DNA from: a virus
Taxonomy: Duplodnaviria; Caudoviricetes
Direction: 5' to 3' (one strand)
Virus record (IMG/VR): IMGVR_UViG_3300037309_000132
Location: 1-28,684 of that record
Length of the DNA stretch: 28,684 nt
In this document: positions 1-7,787 of the stretch, one piece after another
Numbering within the stretch: the stretch's first letter is position 1
Layout: each line of letters starts with the position of its first letter
Made by a program: the position numbers and the translations under genes
The notes under the pieces: generated by a model
Told to the model about the DNA's origin: nothing
The model's input: only the letters and a program-made list of their open reading frames with translations
Databases searched by the model: none

Positions 1-324
1 GTAGCCGTCGCCGTCGCCGTCGCCGTAGCCGGAGCCGGAGCCGTAGCCGTAGCCGTAGCCGTAGCCGTCGCCGTAGCCGTCGCCGTCGCCGTAGCCGGAG
101 CCGGAGCCGGAGCCGTAGCCGTAGCCGTAGCCGTCGCCGTCGCCGTAGCCGTAGCCGTCGCCGTAGCCGTCGCCGTCGCCGTCGCCGTCGCCGTAGCCGT
201 CGCCGTAGCCGTAGCCGGAGCCGGAGCCGTAGCCGGAGCCGGAGCCGTAGTCGGAGCCGGAACCGTCGCCGGAGCCGTCGCCGTAGCCGGAGCCGTCGCC
301 GGAGCCGTCGCCGGAGCCGGAGCC
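1..324 (-). repeat. Coding hexamer tandem array, 54 units of GGC-(TAC/GAC/TCC)
   Basis: + strand units gtagcc/gtcgcc/ggagcc in phase from 1 to 324; hand count 20 Tyr, 18 Asp and 16 Ser units; only two variant units (gtagtc, ggaacc). Confidence 0.97.
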
Positions 325-333
325 CTTAGGCAT
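1..333 (-). CDS. Gly-X (GY/GD/GS) repeat protein, 3' end outside window
   Basis: ATG at 333 overlaps the upstream stop (ATGCCTAA); reads MPKGSGSGDGSGDGSGYGDG... with no stop to position 1; absent from the ORF track because it is open-ended. Confidence 0.75.
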   Translation of the reverse strand, partial: MPKGSGSGDGSGDGSGYGDGSGDGSGSDYGSGSGYGSGSGYGYGDGYGDGDGDGDGYGDGYGYGDGDGYGYGYGSGSGSGYGDGDGYGDGYGYGYGYGSGSGYGDGDGDGY

Positions 334-640
334 TGTAGATCGGGAAAGAGCGAATGCTCTCTTCCGCCTCGGTAGTGCATTCGAGAATTTCGCAATTTTC
401 GGTCAGCATGATGGTGGCGACCGCTGCGCTCACCTTGCTGCCTTCTGCCAACCCGCTGTTGGCGATGCCGTTCAGAAAGTCGCCAGCACCCTTCGGCACT
501 TTCCAGAACCAGAGCCTGCGCGCCGCTTCCAGCGTGCAGACTCGCCCCTTCGCCTGTATGAGGATCCCGGCGTGAACACCCGCATCGCGACAGCGAACGA
601 TCACATACTTCCCGATCAAGGGATTGGTTGTCGTAGTCAT
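326..640 (-). CDS. Small phage protein, DUF6948-like (possible Sm/SH3-like beta fold)
   Basis: KYVIVRCRDAGVHAG...ARRLWFW...EILECT pattern recalled from this phage family; strong RBS (GGAGAAGGA) immediately upstream. Confidence 0.75.
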   Translation of the reverse strand: MTTTTNPLIGKYVIVRCRDAGVHAGILIQAKGRVCTLEAARRLWFWKVPKGAGDFLNGIANSGLAEGSKVSAAVATIMLTENCEILECTTEAEESIRSFPIYNA

Positions 641-724
641 TTCCTTCTCCTTCCCGCAGATGTGACGGATCCAGAGCCGCAGCGGGACTTGCGGCGCCGA
701 AAGTGGAAAATGCGCTTGCCCAGT

Positions 725-895
725 TCATCGCGTGGTGATTTCCTGCGCGATGCGGGGCGCGGCGTCGGCGATGTGGAATGTCAGCCCGCCGATCAGCGCG
801 AGCGAGACGCCCAGCGCGAACAGGTTCACCGCAAGGCGCAGCCTGCGCAGTTCATCGGGATCAAGCGGCGAGCGGGGTTCGAAATCTGGCAACAT
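725..895 (-). CDS. Small single-TM hypothetical protein (start uncertain; frame is open up to 1039)
   Basis: MLPDFEPR...LAVNLFALGVSLALIGGLTFHI hydrophobic segment; lies within the early operon. Confidence 0.5.
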   Translation of the reverse strand: MLPDFEPRSPLDPDELRRLRLAVNLFALGVSLALIGGLTFHIADAAPRIAQEITTR

Positions 896-956
896 AGGTA
901 AAGGCTCCCCATCGGCAGGCCGCGCCTGCCGTTCCCAAGGTTTGATGTTCAGGTGT

Positions 957-1352
957 TCAGCTGGCGGGCGGGCAGGTGCCGGGCGGTTCGAACAGCGAAA
1001 TCTGTTCGTCATCGTCGTCTTCGCCCGGTGGCCTGACATGCGTGACCTGTTCGCGCGGGCAGACCTTCAGCCCGAGGTCAGGCCGTTCGATATTCCCTTC
1101 GACCAGCGAGTGAACGAAGACGATGTCCGACCGCCAGACATGGCCGCAGCCGGAATCGGTGCAGTGGATGGTCAGATGCGAAACCTGTTCGGTGATCCGC
1201 TCCGAATGGCGAATCCAACCCGGCGCGTCGCATTTGGGGCACAGCAGGAACGCCCGCTTCGTCGCGTTGCGACCGCCGGGGCGCAGGCGAAAGCGCAAGG
1301 GCGCGTGCACCATCGGGCGATCAACAATCGGAGCGGTGACCGGCTTATTCAT
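957..1352 (-). CDS. ogr: Ogr/Delta-like zinc-finger late transcription activator
   Basis: CPKC...HCTDSGCGHVW four-Cys pattern with the RHSERIT segment, in a P2-like context. Confidence 0.85.
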   Translation of the reverse strand: MNKPVTAPIVDRPMVHAPLRFRLRPGGRNATKRAFLLCPKCDAPGWIRHSERITEQVSHLTIHCTDSGCGHVWRSDIVFVHSLVEGNIERPDLGLKVCPREQVTHVRPPGEDDDDEQISLFEPPGTCPPAS

Positions 1353-1777
1353 CGCACGGCGCTCCCCGTAACTTCGGCATGCAATGGAAAATCCACCATA
1401 TTTGGCGAGTGCCGGATTGCCGAAGGATCAATCGAATAAAGCCGGTGGTCCGATCTTTTCAGCACCGCCTCGGATGCAGCCGCGTCCAAATGGACCGAAT
1501 AGGCCCGCAGCTTTCGCGCTGCGAAGAACTGACCTAGAGGATCGCGCTTGATTGCCAGACGATACCTAGGGCCGCTCTCATCGAGAAAGATTTTGACCGT
1601 CTCGCGGCGTTCGGTCAGCCCAAGCTTCGCTGCGACATGTTCACCAAGCCAGATAACCAAAAGTCGAGGTCCATTCGGGCGGATCGGATAAGGGCTAAAG
1701 CGAATGGAGTCGGGCGCAGTTGCACTGGACCCGTTCAATGCCGCACGCATTCCGCGATTGATTGGTGTCAAGGTCAT
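1349..1777 (-). CDS. Hypothetical protein (142 aa)
   Basis: ATGA overlaps with both neighbours (cro-like and ogr); no recognised motif. Confidence 0.65.
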   Translation of the reverse strand: MTLTPINRGMRAALNGSSATAPDSIRFSPYPIRPNGPRLLVIWLGEHVAAKLGLTERRETVKIFLDESGPRYRLAIKRDPLGQFFAARKLRAYSVHLDAAASEAVLKRSDHRLYSIDPSAIRHSPNMVDFPLHAEVTGSAVR

Positions 1778-2091
1778 GACGCGGCCCTGCCGATTGTCGG
1801 CGATGCCGCCTCCCCTAGGGGGGAATGCTGGCGATCAATTGCGCGGAATCGTGCGCCGACAGACGCATCGACCATAATTTCCCGAGGATAGATGTCAGGG
1901 CGCAGATCGTGACGCGAAACGCCGGTGTCAGCCTCGACCTTAAGCACATGCTCGGCAGGCAATTGCTTCGACTGATTGATCCAGCGGGAGATGCTGGGCT
2001 GCGCAACACCAAGCGCTTCAGCCATTGCATCCTGCGTCCGGTAAATCCGGAAGGCCTTCATCAAGGCTTCGAAGCGGGTCATGCGTTTCAT
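1774..2091 (-). CDS. cro: Cro/YdaS-like HTH regulator
   Basis: TQDAMAEALGVAQPSISRW helix-turn-helix and VSRHDLRPDIY motif; divergent from cI; start at 2091 or 2082 rather than 2265. Confidence 0.85.
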   Translation of the reverse strand: MKRMTRFEALMKAFRIYRTQDAMAEALGVAQPSISRWINQSKQLPAEHVLKVEADTGVSRHDLRPDIYPREIMVDASVGARFRAIDRQHSPLGEAASPTIGRAAS

Positions 2092-2098
2092 GCGCTGG

Positions 2099-2139
2099 TG
2101 AATATACGTTAACGTATATCTGTCAATAGCAAAACGTAT
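2099..2139. promoter_or_regulatory. Lysis/lysogeny switch: leftward promoter and operators
   Basis: Perfect 18-bp palindrome ATATACGTTAACGTATAT (2102-2119); related site ATAGCAAAACGTAT (2126-2139); TTGACA on - strand at 2126-2121 with TATTCA 16 bp downstream. Confidence 0.8.
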
Positions 2140-2176
2140 GAAGCCCGAATCTCTTCTACTCGTTACGCCCTTGCCT

Positions 2177-2851
2177 ATGGCTGGTGTTGTCGCCCAAAGG
2201 GTCAAAGACCTGATGCGAACCAAGGGGTTTTCGCAGGATGCGCTCGCGACGAAGGTGGGGATCAAGCAGCCTTCGATTGCCAGGTTGCTCGCCGGAGACG
2301 TTCGAAATCCACGCTATTTGCCCGAAATCGCCCGCGCGTTGGGCACGACCGCCGATTATCTACAGGGCGAAACCGACGACCCTTCGCTGAATTTGGGCGA
2401 CCGGCGTCTTGCATGGCATGGCCCGCCGGTCAGTGATGACCGGACAATCGAAATCCCGGTGATTGATCTGGCCTATGGGATGGGCGGCAGCTATCTGGAG
2501 AACGTCGATCCCGATGCGATCCGCGAGCCGTTCCCGCTTTCGTTCATCCGGCGCTACACCAAGGCGCGGGCTGAAGACCTGGTGATTGCCGATGGTCTGG
2601 GCGATAGCATGTCGCCGACAATCGGATCGAACGACCAACTGCTGATCGACCGTTCGCTGGACACCTTGCGAGTTGCCGATCAAATCTGGTGTTTCAGTTT
2701 CGGCGGGGTCGGCATGGTCAAACGCCTGCGCCCGCGCCCCGATGGCAGCATTGCAATCCTGTCCGACAATCCATTAGTTCCCGAAGACCGCGCGGTCGAT
2801 GATGAACTGTTTCTAATTGGGCGAGTGGTCGCCATTGTAAGGAAGGTCTGA
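2177..2851 (+). CDS. cI: CI-like repressor (XRE HTH plus S24 autopeptidase)
   Basis: SQDALATKVGIKQPSIARL HTH; GDSMSPTI (catalytic Ser) and MVKRL (catalytic Lys); start at 2177 or 2138. Confidence 0.93.
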   Translation: MAGVVAQRVKDLMRTKGFSQDALATKVGIKQPSIARLLAGDVRNPRYLPEIARALGTTADYLQGETDDPSLNLGDRRLAWHGPPVSDDRTIEIPVIDLAYGMGGSYLENVDPDAIREPFPLSFIRRYTKARAEDLVIADGLGDSMSPTIGSNDQLLIDRSLDTLRVADQIWCFSFGGVGMVKRLRPRPDGSIAILSDNPLVPEDRAVDDELFLIGRVVAIVRKV

Positions 2852-3351
2852 TGAACGAGAAGAAACTCTCCCTTGTTGCTGGGGTCTGTCTGTTGCTGGC
2901 GGGATGCGGCCAGTCTGGTGAAACGGTCAGCAATATTCCTGATGATGAACCCAGCGTTGTGGCGCGGGAAGCGTTGGACGCCGCCGGAATAGCCGAGGCT
3001 CTCAAAAAAGCGGGGTTGCCCGTTGAAAGCATCACCATCCTGACGGAGGCGACAGACGAGAACAAAATGATGGGGCGTCCAGGGCTTTACACCAGCAAAG
3101 TCTTTTTCATCGACGGTCGCCACAAAGGCGAGGGGATGGAGCCTAACGAGCAAAACACAGTCGAAGTATTTGCGAGCGAAGAGGATGCGACCCGTCGCCG
3201 CGAGTATATCGAAGGGGTGACTAAGGAAATGCCGATGTTTACACAATATATTATTCAATCCGGCCAGACACTTGTTCGGCTCGACAAGTCGCTCACGCCG
3301 AACGAAGCCAAGGAATACGAAGCCGCCTTGGAAAAGCGTGAACAGAAATGA
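2851..3351 (+). CDS. Lipoprotein, candidate superinfection-exclusion or lysogenic-conversion factor
   Basis: MNEKK + hydrophobic stretch + LAGC lipobox; TGATG coupling to cI. Confidence 0.8.
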   Translation: MNEKKLSLVAGVCLLLAGCGQSGETVSNIPDDEPSVVAREALDAAGIAEALKKAGLPVESITILTEATDENKMMGRPGLYTSKVFFIDGRHKGEGMEPNEQNTVEVFASEEDATRRREYIEGVTKEMPMFTQYIIQSGQTLVRLDKSLTPNEAKEYEAALEKREQK

Positions 3352-3572
3352 AGGATCAGATTGTCGCTGACGTTCGAGACTACGACAACGAAAGGCTTAT
3401 CGGTCACTTCGGTTTTGCTGGCGTGCCTCACGTGGGAGAGGTGGTGACCTGTGACGCTGGCTCTTTCGAAGTTAGGATCGTCGAACACTATGCGTGGAAG
3501 GAAGAAACAGAGGTTCTCTTAGACGTTGCCTTGGTTTGCCTTTGGGTGAGCCCATACCGGCGACCCAACTAA
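3348..3572 (+). CDS. Hypothetical protein (74 aa)
   Basis: ATGA coupling to the lipoprotein gene; stop overlaps the convergent gpD stop. Confidence 0.6.
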   Translation: MKDQIVADVRDYDNERLIGHFGFAGVPHVGEVVTCDAGSFEVRIVEHYAWKEETEVLLDVALVCLWVSPYRRPN

Positions 3573-4564
3573 GCGCTCTCTAGCTCGACCGATTGCTTCA
3601 GTCCGTCGCGACCGAAATCGGTGGCGACGCTTTCCACCAGCCATTCGACGCCATCGATGCGCGCGCCCCAGCCTGTCAGTCGCACCCGCATGTCGGGCTG
3701 CAAGGCGGGTTCGGCGACCGCCAGATCAAAGCTGAACTTCACCGGCGCGCGCGCGTCGCGCTTCATCGATGCTTCAGCCGCCTGGCGCGCTTCGGCTTCG
3801 GTCGCGTAAACGACTTTGAGCTTGCGCCGGTTCTCCCCGCCCACGGTCACGGTGCGCCGACGCGCCGCATCCTGATCCTGCCATTGGGCTTCGGCCCCGT
3901 CATATTTGTCGCGTTCGGTCTGGCTGAAATTCCACGTCCAGCAATCGCGCTTGGTAAAGGTCAAGGTGTCGAGCGCCGCGCCCCCGGCGCTGGCCGATGC
4001 GCCAATCGGCAGGAACAGCAGCTGCGCGTTCTTCCACGTCGCGACCGCATCGAAGCGGCGGCCCAGATCGGCGATGAAGGCAAGGTCGCTCTTGCCTTCC
4101 TGTTCGATCGTGTCGATGGCCTGCGCGCCCAGCGCGGCTTCGACCCGCGCGGCGCGGCCATTGCGCGCGGCGATGGCTTCGACAATCGCGCGCAGCGTGG
4201 TGTTGCGCCAGGTCTGGGTTCGGCGCTTGCGCAGGTCGCCGGTCATGTCGGCGGACTTGCCCTTGAAGGTGACGATGTCGGGCGGGCCCGACTGCCCAAC
4301 TTCGTCGACGGTGAAGCGGCCCTTGGCGACCATGCCAACCGTCACATCGTCGCCCGATTCCCAGCCCAGCGCGAGGGTCAGCAGCACGCCGGGCGAAGGG
4401 ATTGCCAGCAGGCCATTGGCGTTTTGCAGCCGAACGTCGATTTCGTCGGCTTCCTCCCCGCGCTTTTCGGTCAGACTCAAGCTGATCAGGCGCGGATTGA
4501 TCCGGTCGGCCAGATCGGTTCCGTTCTCGAGCGCGATCGCGATTGCGGCTTTTCGGGTGGTCAC
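3569..4564 (-). CDS. gpD: Late control D / baseplate hub protein
   Basis: RLISLSLTEKRGEEADEIDV, GRFTVDEV...GPPD and Q..KSDLAF motifs; position after U. Confidence 0.9.
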   Translation of the reverse strand: MTTRKAAIAIALENGTDLADRINPRLISLSLTEKRGEEADEIDVRLQNANGLLAIPSPGVLLTLALGWESGDDVTVGMVAKGRFTVDEVGQSGPPDIVTFKGKSADMTGDLRKRRTQTWRNTTLRAIVEAIAARNGRAARVEAALGAQAIDTIEQEGKSDLAFIADLGRRFDAVATWKNAQLLFLPIGASASAGGAALDTLTFTKRDCWTWNFSQTERDKYDGAEAQWQDQDAARRRTVTVGGENRRKLKVVYATEAEARQAAEASMKRDARAPVKFSFDLAVAEPALQPDMRVRLTGWGARIDGVEWLVESVATDFGRDGLKQSVELESA

Positions 4565-5025
4565 GGGTTCGGAACACCTTCTTCGCCCGCCACGGTGATC
4601 GTCCCGGTCTGAACCGGGGCGTCGTCGCCGCGTTCAAGGTCGATGGTAAAATCAATGTGGCGCGGCGCGCCGCCCGCCATGATCGACAGATATTCTTCAT
4701 CAATGTGGACAATGCGGTAATTGCCCAGGATGAAGCCCTGTCCGTCGATCAGTGGATAGGTGTCGCCGGTTTCGGCCATTTGGGCCAGCGTTTCGATCGC
4801 CGCGAAATCCGCGCCCAGTTCGGGAACCAGCAGCCCGCCCAGCGTGATCAGATCGGCCCCCGGCCCGACATATTGAGCCGCGTCGCGCGCGCCGTGGCGT
4901 TCGCTCAAGGCATGGCGCCAGTCGCGGCTGCGCCGGAACGATTGATAGGCGGCGGTGTCCATCCCGAAAATGAACATGCCCAGCGTCATGAGTTCGCGCG
5001 GTGAAGCGATAGGTCTGCTTGCCAT
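4561..5025 (-). CDS. gpU: Tail protein GpU
   Basis: LMTLGMFIF, AAQYVGPGADLITLGG and PRHIDFTIDL motifs. Confidence 0.9.
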   Translation of the reverse strand: MASRPIASPRELMTLGMFIFGMDTAAYQSFRRSRDWRHALSERHGARDAAQYVGPGADLITLGGLLVPELGADFAAIETLAQMAETGDTYPLIDGQGFILGNYRIVHIDEEYLSIMAGGAPRHIDFTIDLERGDDAPVQTGTITVAGEEGVPNP

Positions 5026-7277
5026 CAGGCCCGATCCTCATAGCTGCGCTGCGCATCGTCATGCATCATCCGCTTCAGCTTGCGCATGATCCGCTGCGCG
5101 AATTCTTCGTCGCCTTCGCCATCGTTCTTGTGAATGTTCAGCGTGAAATTGTAGGTCGCCCCGGTGCCTGCTGCGGCGCGGCCTGCGCCGCTGGCCGGGC
5201 TGGCGTTGACGCCGGGAGTGATCGCCAGCGCGCCCGCCGCCAGTGCGCCCTTGGCCAGACGACTGGCCGCGCCAGCGACCCGTCCGCCCTGCCGATCAAG
5301 CCCGATGGCCATCCCCTGCCCGGTCTGTTCGCCGATGGTCATGAACACGCGCGAGGGCGAGGCGATGCCCAGGAATTTCTTGACCCCATCGATCCCGTTC
5401 AGGACGATCCGCTTCAAGGTCTGCCAGACCGCGCTGGCGCGGCTCAAGAGGCCCCGGATCAGCCCCTGAATAATCGCCGCGCCGATCTGCGCGAGCCGCG
5501 CGGGCAGGGTGACGAACCATGCGAAGCCGGTGGTCAGGTAGCCCTTGAGCGTCTCCCACGCCTGCTGAACCAGCGCGATGCCTTGCCAGAACGCCTGCTT
5601 GATGGTGTCCCAATGGGTGTAGATCAGATAGGCCGCGCCGCCGATGACGACGACCAGCGCGGTGATCGCGAGCACAACCGGGTTGGCCAGCAGCATGATC
5701 CCCGCCCGCATCACGCCCTTGGCCAGAAACAGCACCGCGACGCGCAGCATGTCGAACCCAACCTTGGCCATGCCCAGAACGTGCTTCCATCCGCCGATCT
5801 TCGCGACAAACGCGTTCAGGTTGGCGATTGGCTTCATGATCGCGCCGATCGCGAACTGCGCCGCGCCCACCCCGATCTTGAACAGCGCGAGCCCGGCGAC
5901 GATCTGCATGATCGTCTTGGCCGCTTCGGGGTTGGCTGAAGCCCAATCCGACACGGCTGTTGCCATTGAAATGACCATATTGACGCCGTCATTCATCATC
6001 GGCACCAATGTAGTGCCCAGCACAATCCCTAGGCGCGATACCGATCCAGCCAAGGCGACCCAGTTGGCGGCTGAATCGCCTTCCATCCGCATATTGAATG
6101 CTGCATCGGTTGTGCCGCTCGCGGCCGCAACGCGTTTCTTTGCTGCGGCAAATTCGTCGTAATTCAAGATGAGAGCGCGCATGGCGGCGCTGGAATCCTT
6201 TTCAGAAAAGAATTCCTGTAACCGCATCAGATCGCCGCCAGTTGCTTTCTTTGTCAAGCCGATCATTGTTTCGAGGGGGCTAATTCCTTGCTTTGCACCG
6301 TTCTTTATTGCGGACATTGCATCGATCCCGGCTTTCTCGAAGGCCTTCATTGTGGTCGGCGCAGTCAATTTGTTCAGCAAGTCGCTTGACTGGGTCATCG
6401 CTTTTTCGGATGTTCCCGAATTAATGCGAACAATTTCAAGCATCGCGACCAGTTCGGCGGTGCCCTTCTTTCCTGTCTCACCGAGAGCTTTCATCTGGGC
6501 TGTTAGCGTTGGGAAGGCGGCGGCCATATCGCTGATTTCAAAAGCACCGATATTTCCGCCTTCTGCCATCATATCGAGCAGCTTACCTGTGTCCGCCAGA
6601 GACAGGTTCATTGTCCTAAGACCAGCATGGATTGCAGCTGCGGCATCTGCACCTTCAACTTTGAACGCGGTCATGAAACGGCCCATTGGTTCGGCCAGTT
6701 TCGCCGACTCTTGAACGCTCATTCCCAGTCCGCTCAACATTTCGACAGATGCCAGAAGATCTGCGGGCATTCGTCCTGACGCTGCTGCTGCTTGAAGAAT
6801 GGTATCTTTGACACGCACTAGCTGGGCGTTGGTAAGGTTGGCCTTCTGCTGGATATCGACCATCCCGCTCGAAAAATTCCCGGCTTCGCGAGCGGCCAGA
6901 ATCAAGGGCGCGGCCAGCGTCGCGCCCTGGCGGATGTTGTCCATGCCCTTCTGCTGAAGCGCTTCGGCTTCGGCCCTGTCTTCGCGACGCTTGCCTTCGA
7001 TCGCGTTTTCGCGGGCGCGCTTGCGCATTTCCTCGTTGACATCGGCCATCGCGTCTTTGAGTTCGCGCTCTTTCTGCGCCAGCTCTTCGATGTTGTCGGC
7101 CCCTTCGGCGATCTGCTTGCGGACTTCGCGCAGCTGGGTCGCCAGCTTGCGGCTTTCGCCGCGCAGTTCGCCCAGCGACCGCCCGCCTTTGCGACCCAGC
7201 CCGATGATCGAGCGCAGCGCGCCCGACATCTTGTCGACGCCCAGAAAGTTGACGATCAGCGAAAGCTTGCTCGACAT
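5025..7277 (-). CDS. gpT: Tail tape measure protein
   Basis: 750-aa Ala/Gly-rich helical protein with TM-like segments and FLGIASPSRVF motif; follows E/E'. Confidence 0.93.
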   Translation of the reverse strand: MSSKLSLIVNFLGVDKMSGALRSIIGLGRKGGRSLGELRGESRKLATQLREVRKQIAEGADNIEELAQKERELKDAMADVNEEMRKRARENAIEGKRREDRAEAEALQQKGMDNIRQGATLAAPLILAAREAGNFSSGMVDIQQKANLTNAQLVRVKDTILQAAAASGRMPADLLASVEMLSGLGMSVQESAKLAEPMGRFMTAFKVEGADAAAAIHAGLRTMNLSLADTGKLLDMMAEGGNIGAFEISDMAAAFPTLTAQMKALGETGKKGTAELVAMLEIVRINSGTSEKAMTQSSDLLNKLTAPTTMKAFEKAGIDAMSAIKNGAKQGISPLETMIGLTKKATGGDLMRLQEFFSEKDSSAAMRALILNYDEFAAAKKRVAAASGTTDAAFNMRMEGDSAANWVALAGSVSRLGIVLGTTLVPMMNDGVNMVISMATAVSDWASANPEAAKTIMQIVAGLALFKIGVGAAQFAIGAIMKPIANLNAFVAKIGGWKHVLGMAKVGFDMLRVAVLFLAKGVMRAGIMLLANPVVLAITALVVVIGGAAYLIYTHWDTIKQAFWQGIALVQQAWETLKGYLTTGFAWFVTLPARLAQIGAAIIQGLIRGLLSRASAVWQTLKRIVLNGIDGVKKFLGIASPSRVFMTIGEQTGQGMAIGLDRQGGRVAGAASRLAKGALAAGALAITPGVNASPASGAGRAAAGTGATYNFTLNIHKNDGEGDEEFAQRIMRKLKRMMHDDAQRSYEDRA

Positions 7278-7287
7278 TGTTTTCGCC

Positions 7288-7416
7288 TTATCGCTTGCCG
7301 CCCTGGGTCCGGTTCCACCAATCGATCGCGCGACTGCGCCAGGTGATCAGTTCGTCGATCGGCAGCGCTTCGAGTTCGGACAGCGGCCAGTGAAAGATCG
7401 CGGCGATGTCCGTCAT
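7288..7416 (-). CDS. gpE': GpE' tail chaperone extension (42 aa; -1 frame of gpE)
   Basis: Hand translation MTDIAAIFHWPLSELEALPIDELITWRSRAIDWWNRTQGGKR, with the typical DIA.IFHW motif. Confidence 0.88.
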   Translation of the reverse strand: MTDIAAIFHWPLSELEALPIDELITWRSRAIDWWNRTQGGKR

Positions 7417-7787
7417 CAGGTCTTCGGCTGTTGTTCCGCGATCATCGCGTCCAGCATCCGGCGCTCCGCCGGAGTCATGAAAAAACCCCGGATCGCGCCC
7501 CCGATTTCGGTCAGATCGGCAGGATCAAGATCGTTGCATTCGGGATCGGTGAGCGGCGGTTCGGTGATGCGCGGGATCAGCTTGAGCAGCGCGCCGATGT
7601 CGAGCCCGATAATATCGGACAGGGTCAACCCGCCGCGCAGTTCGCCCGCCTTGGGCTTGCGCAGGCTGATCTTCGTGTAGGTCATTTCGCCGCGCACAAT
7701 CGGGGCGGACAGTTCGATGGTCTGAAGTTCGACCTTGCCCGCGCTGGCGGTTGCGGTGTCGGCGGGCTGGGTGGTGGTGTCGGTCAT
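7416..7787 (-). CDS. gpE: Tail assembly chaperone GpE
   Basis: LSAPIVRG...LRKPKAGELRG...PRITEPPLT...LDPADL motifs; start at MTDTTT (7787). Confidence 0.9.
   Translation of the reverse strand: MTDTTTQPADTATASAGKVELQTIELSAPIVRGEMTYTKISLRKPKAGELRGGLTLSDIIGLDIGALLKLIPRITEPPLTDPECNDLDPADLTEIGGAIRGFFMTPAERRMLDAMIAEQQPKT
7479..7489 (-). other. -1 ribosomal frameshift slippery site (GGGGTTTTTTC)
   Basis: T6 run at the ..RGFF.. codons; the -1 frame is open from here into gpE', as in P2 E/E+E'. Confidence 0.8.

Noticed and set aside
1-324. CRISPR array or DGR variable region
   Set aside because: Units are 6 bp with no unique spacers; variation (TAC/GAC/TCC) is not confined to adenines on one strand; no cas gene, reverse transcriptase or template repeat is in the window
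732-1439. 235-aa + strand ORF
   Set aside because: Antisense shadow of ogr and the TM gene, with no motif
2098-2124. CtrA box at the switch
   Set aside because: Only one TTAA(C) half-site; no TTAA-N7-TTAA
2092-2265. N-terminal extension of the cro-like ORF in the track
   Set aside because: It would run through the operator and into cI; the HTH and promoter geometry favour 2091 or 2082
2680-3258. 192-aa - strand ORF
   Set aside because: Antisense to cI and the lipoprotein gene, which have clear motifs and translational coupling
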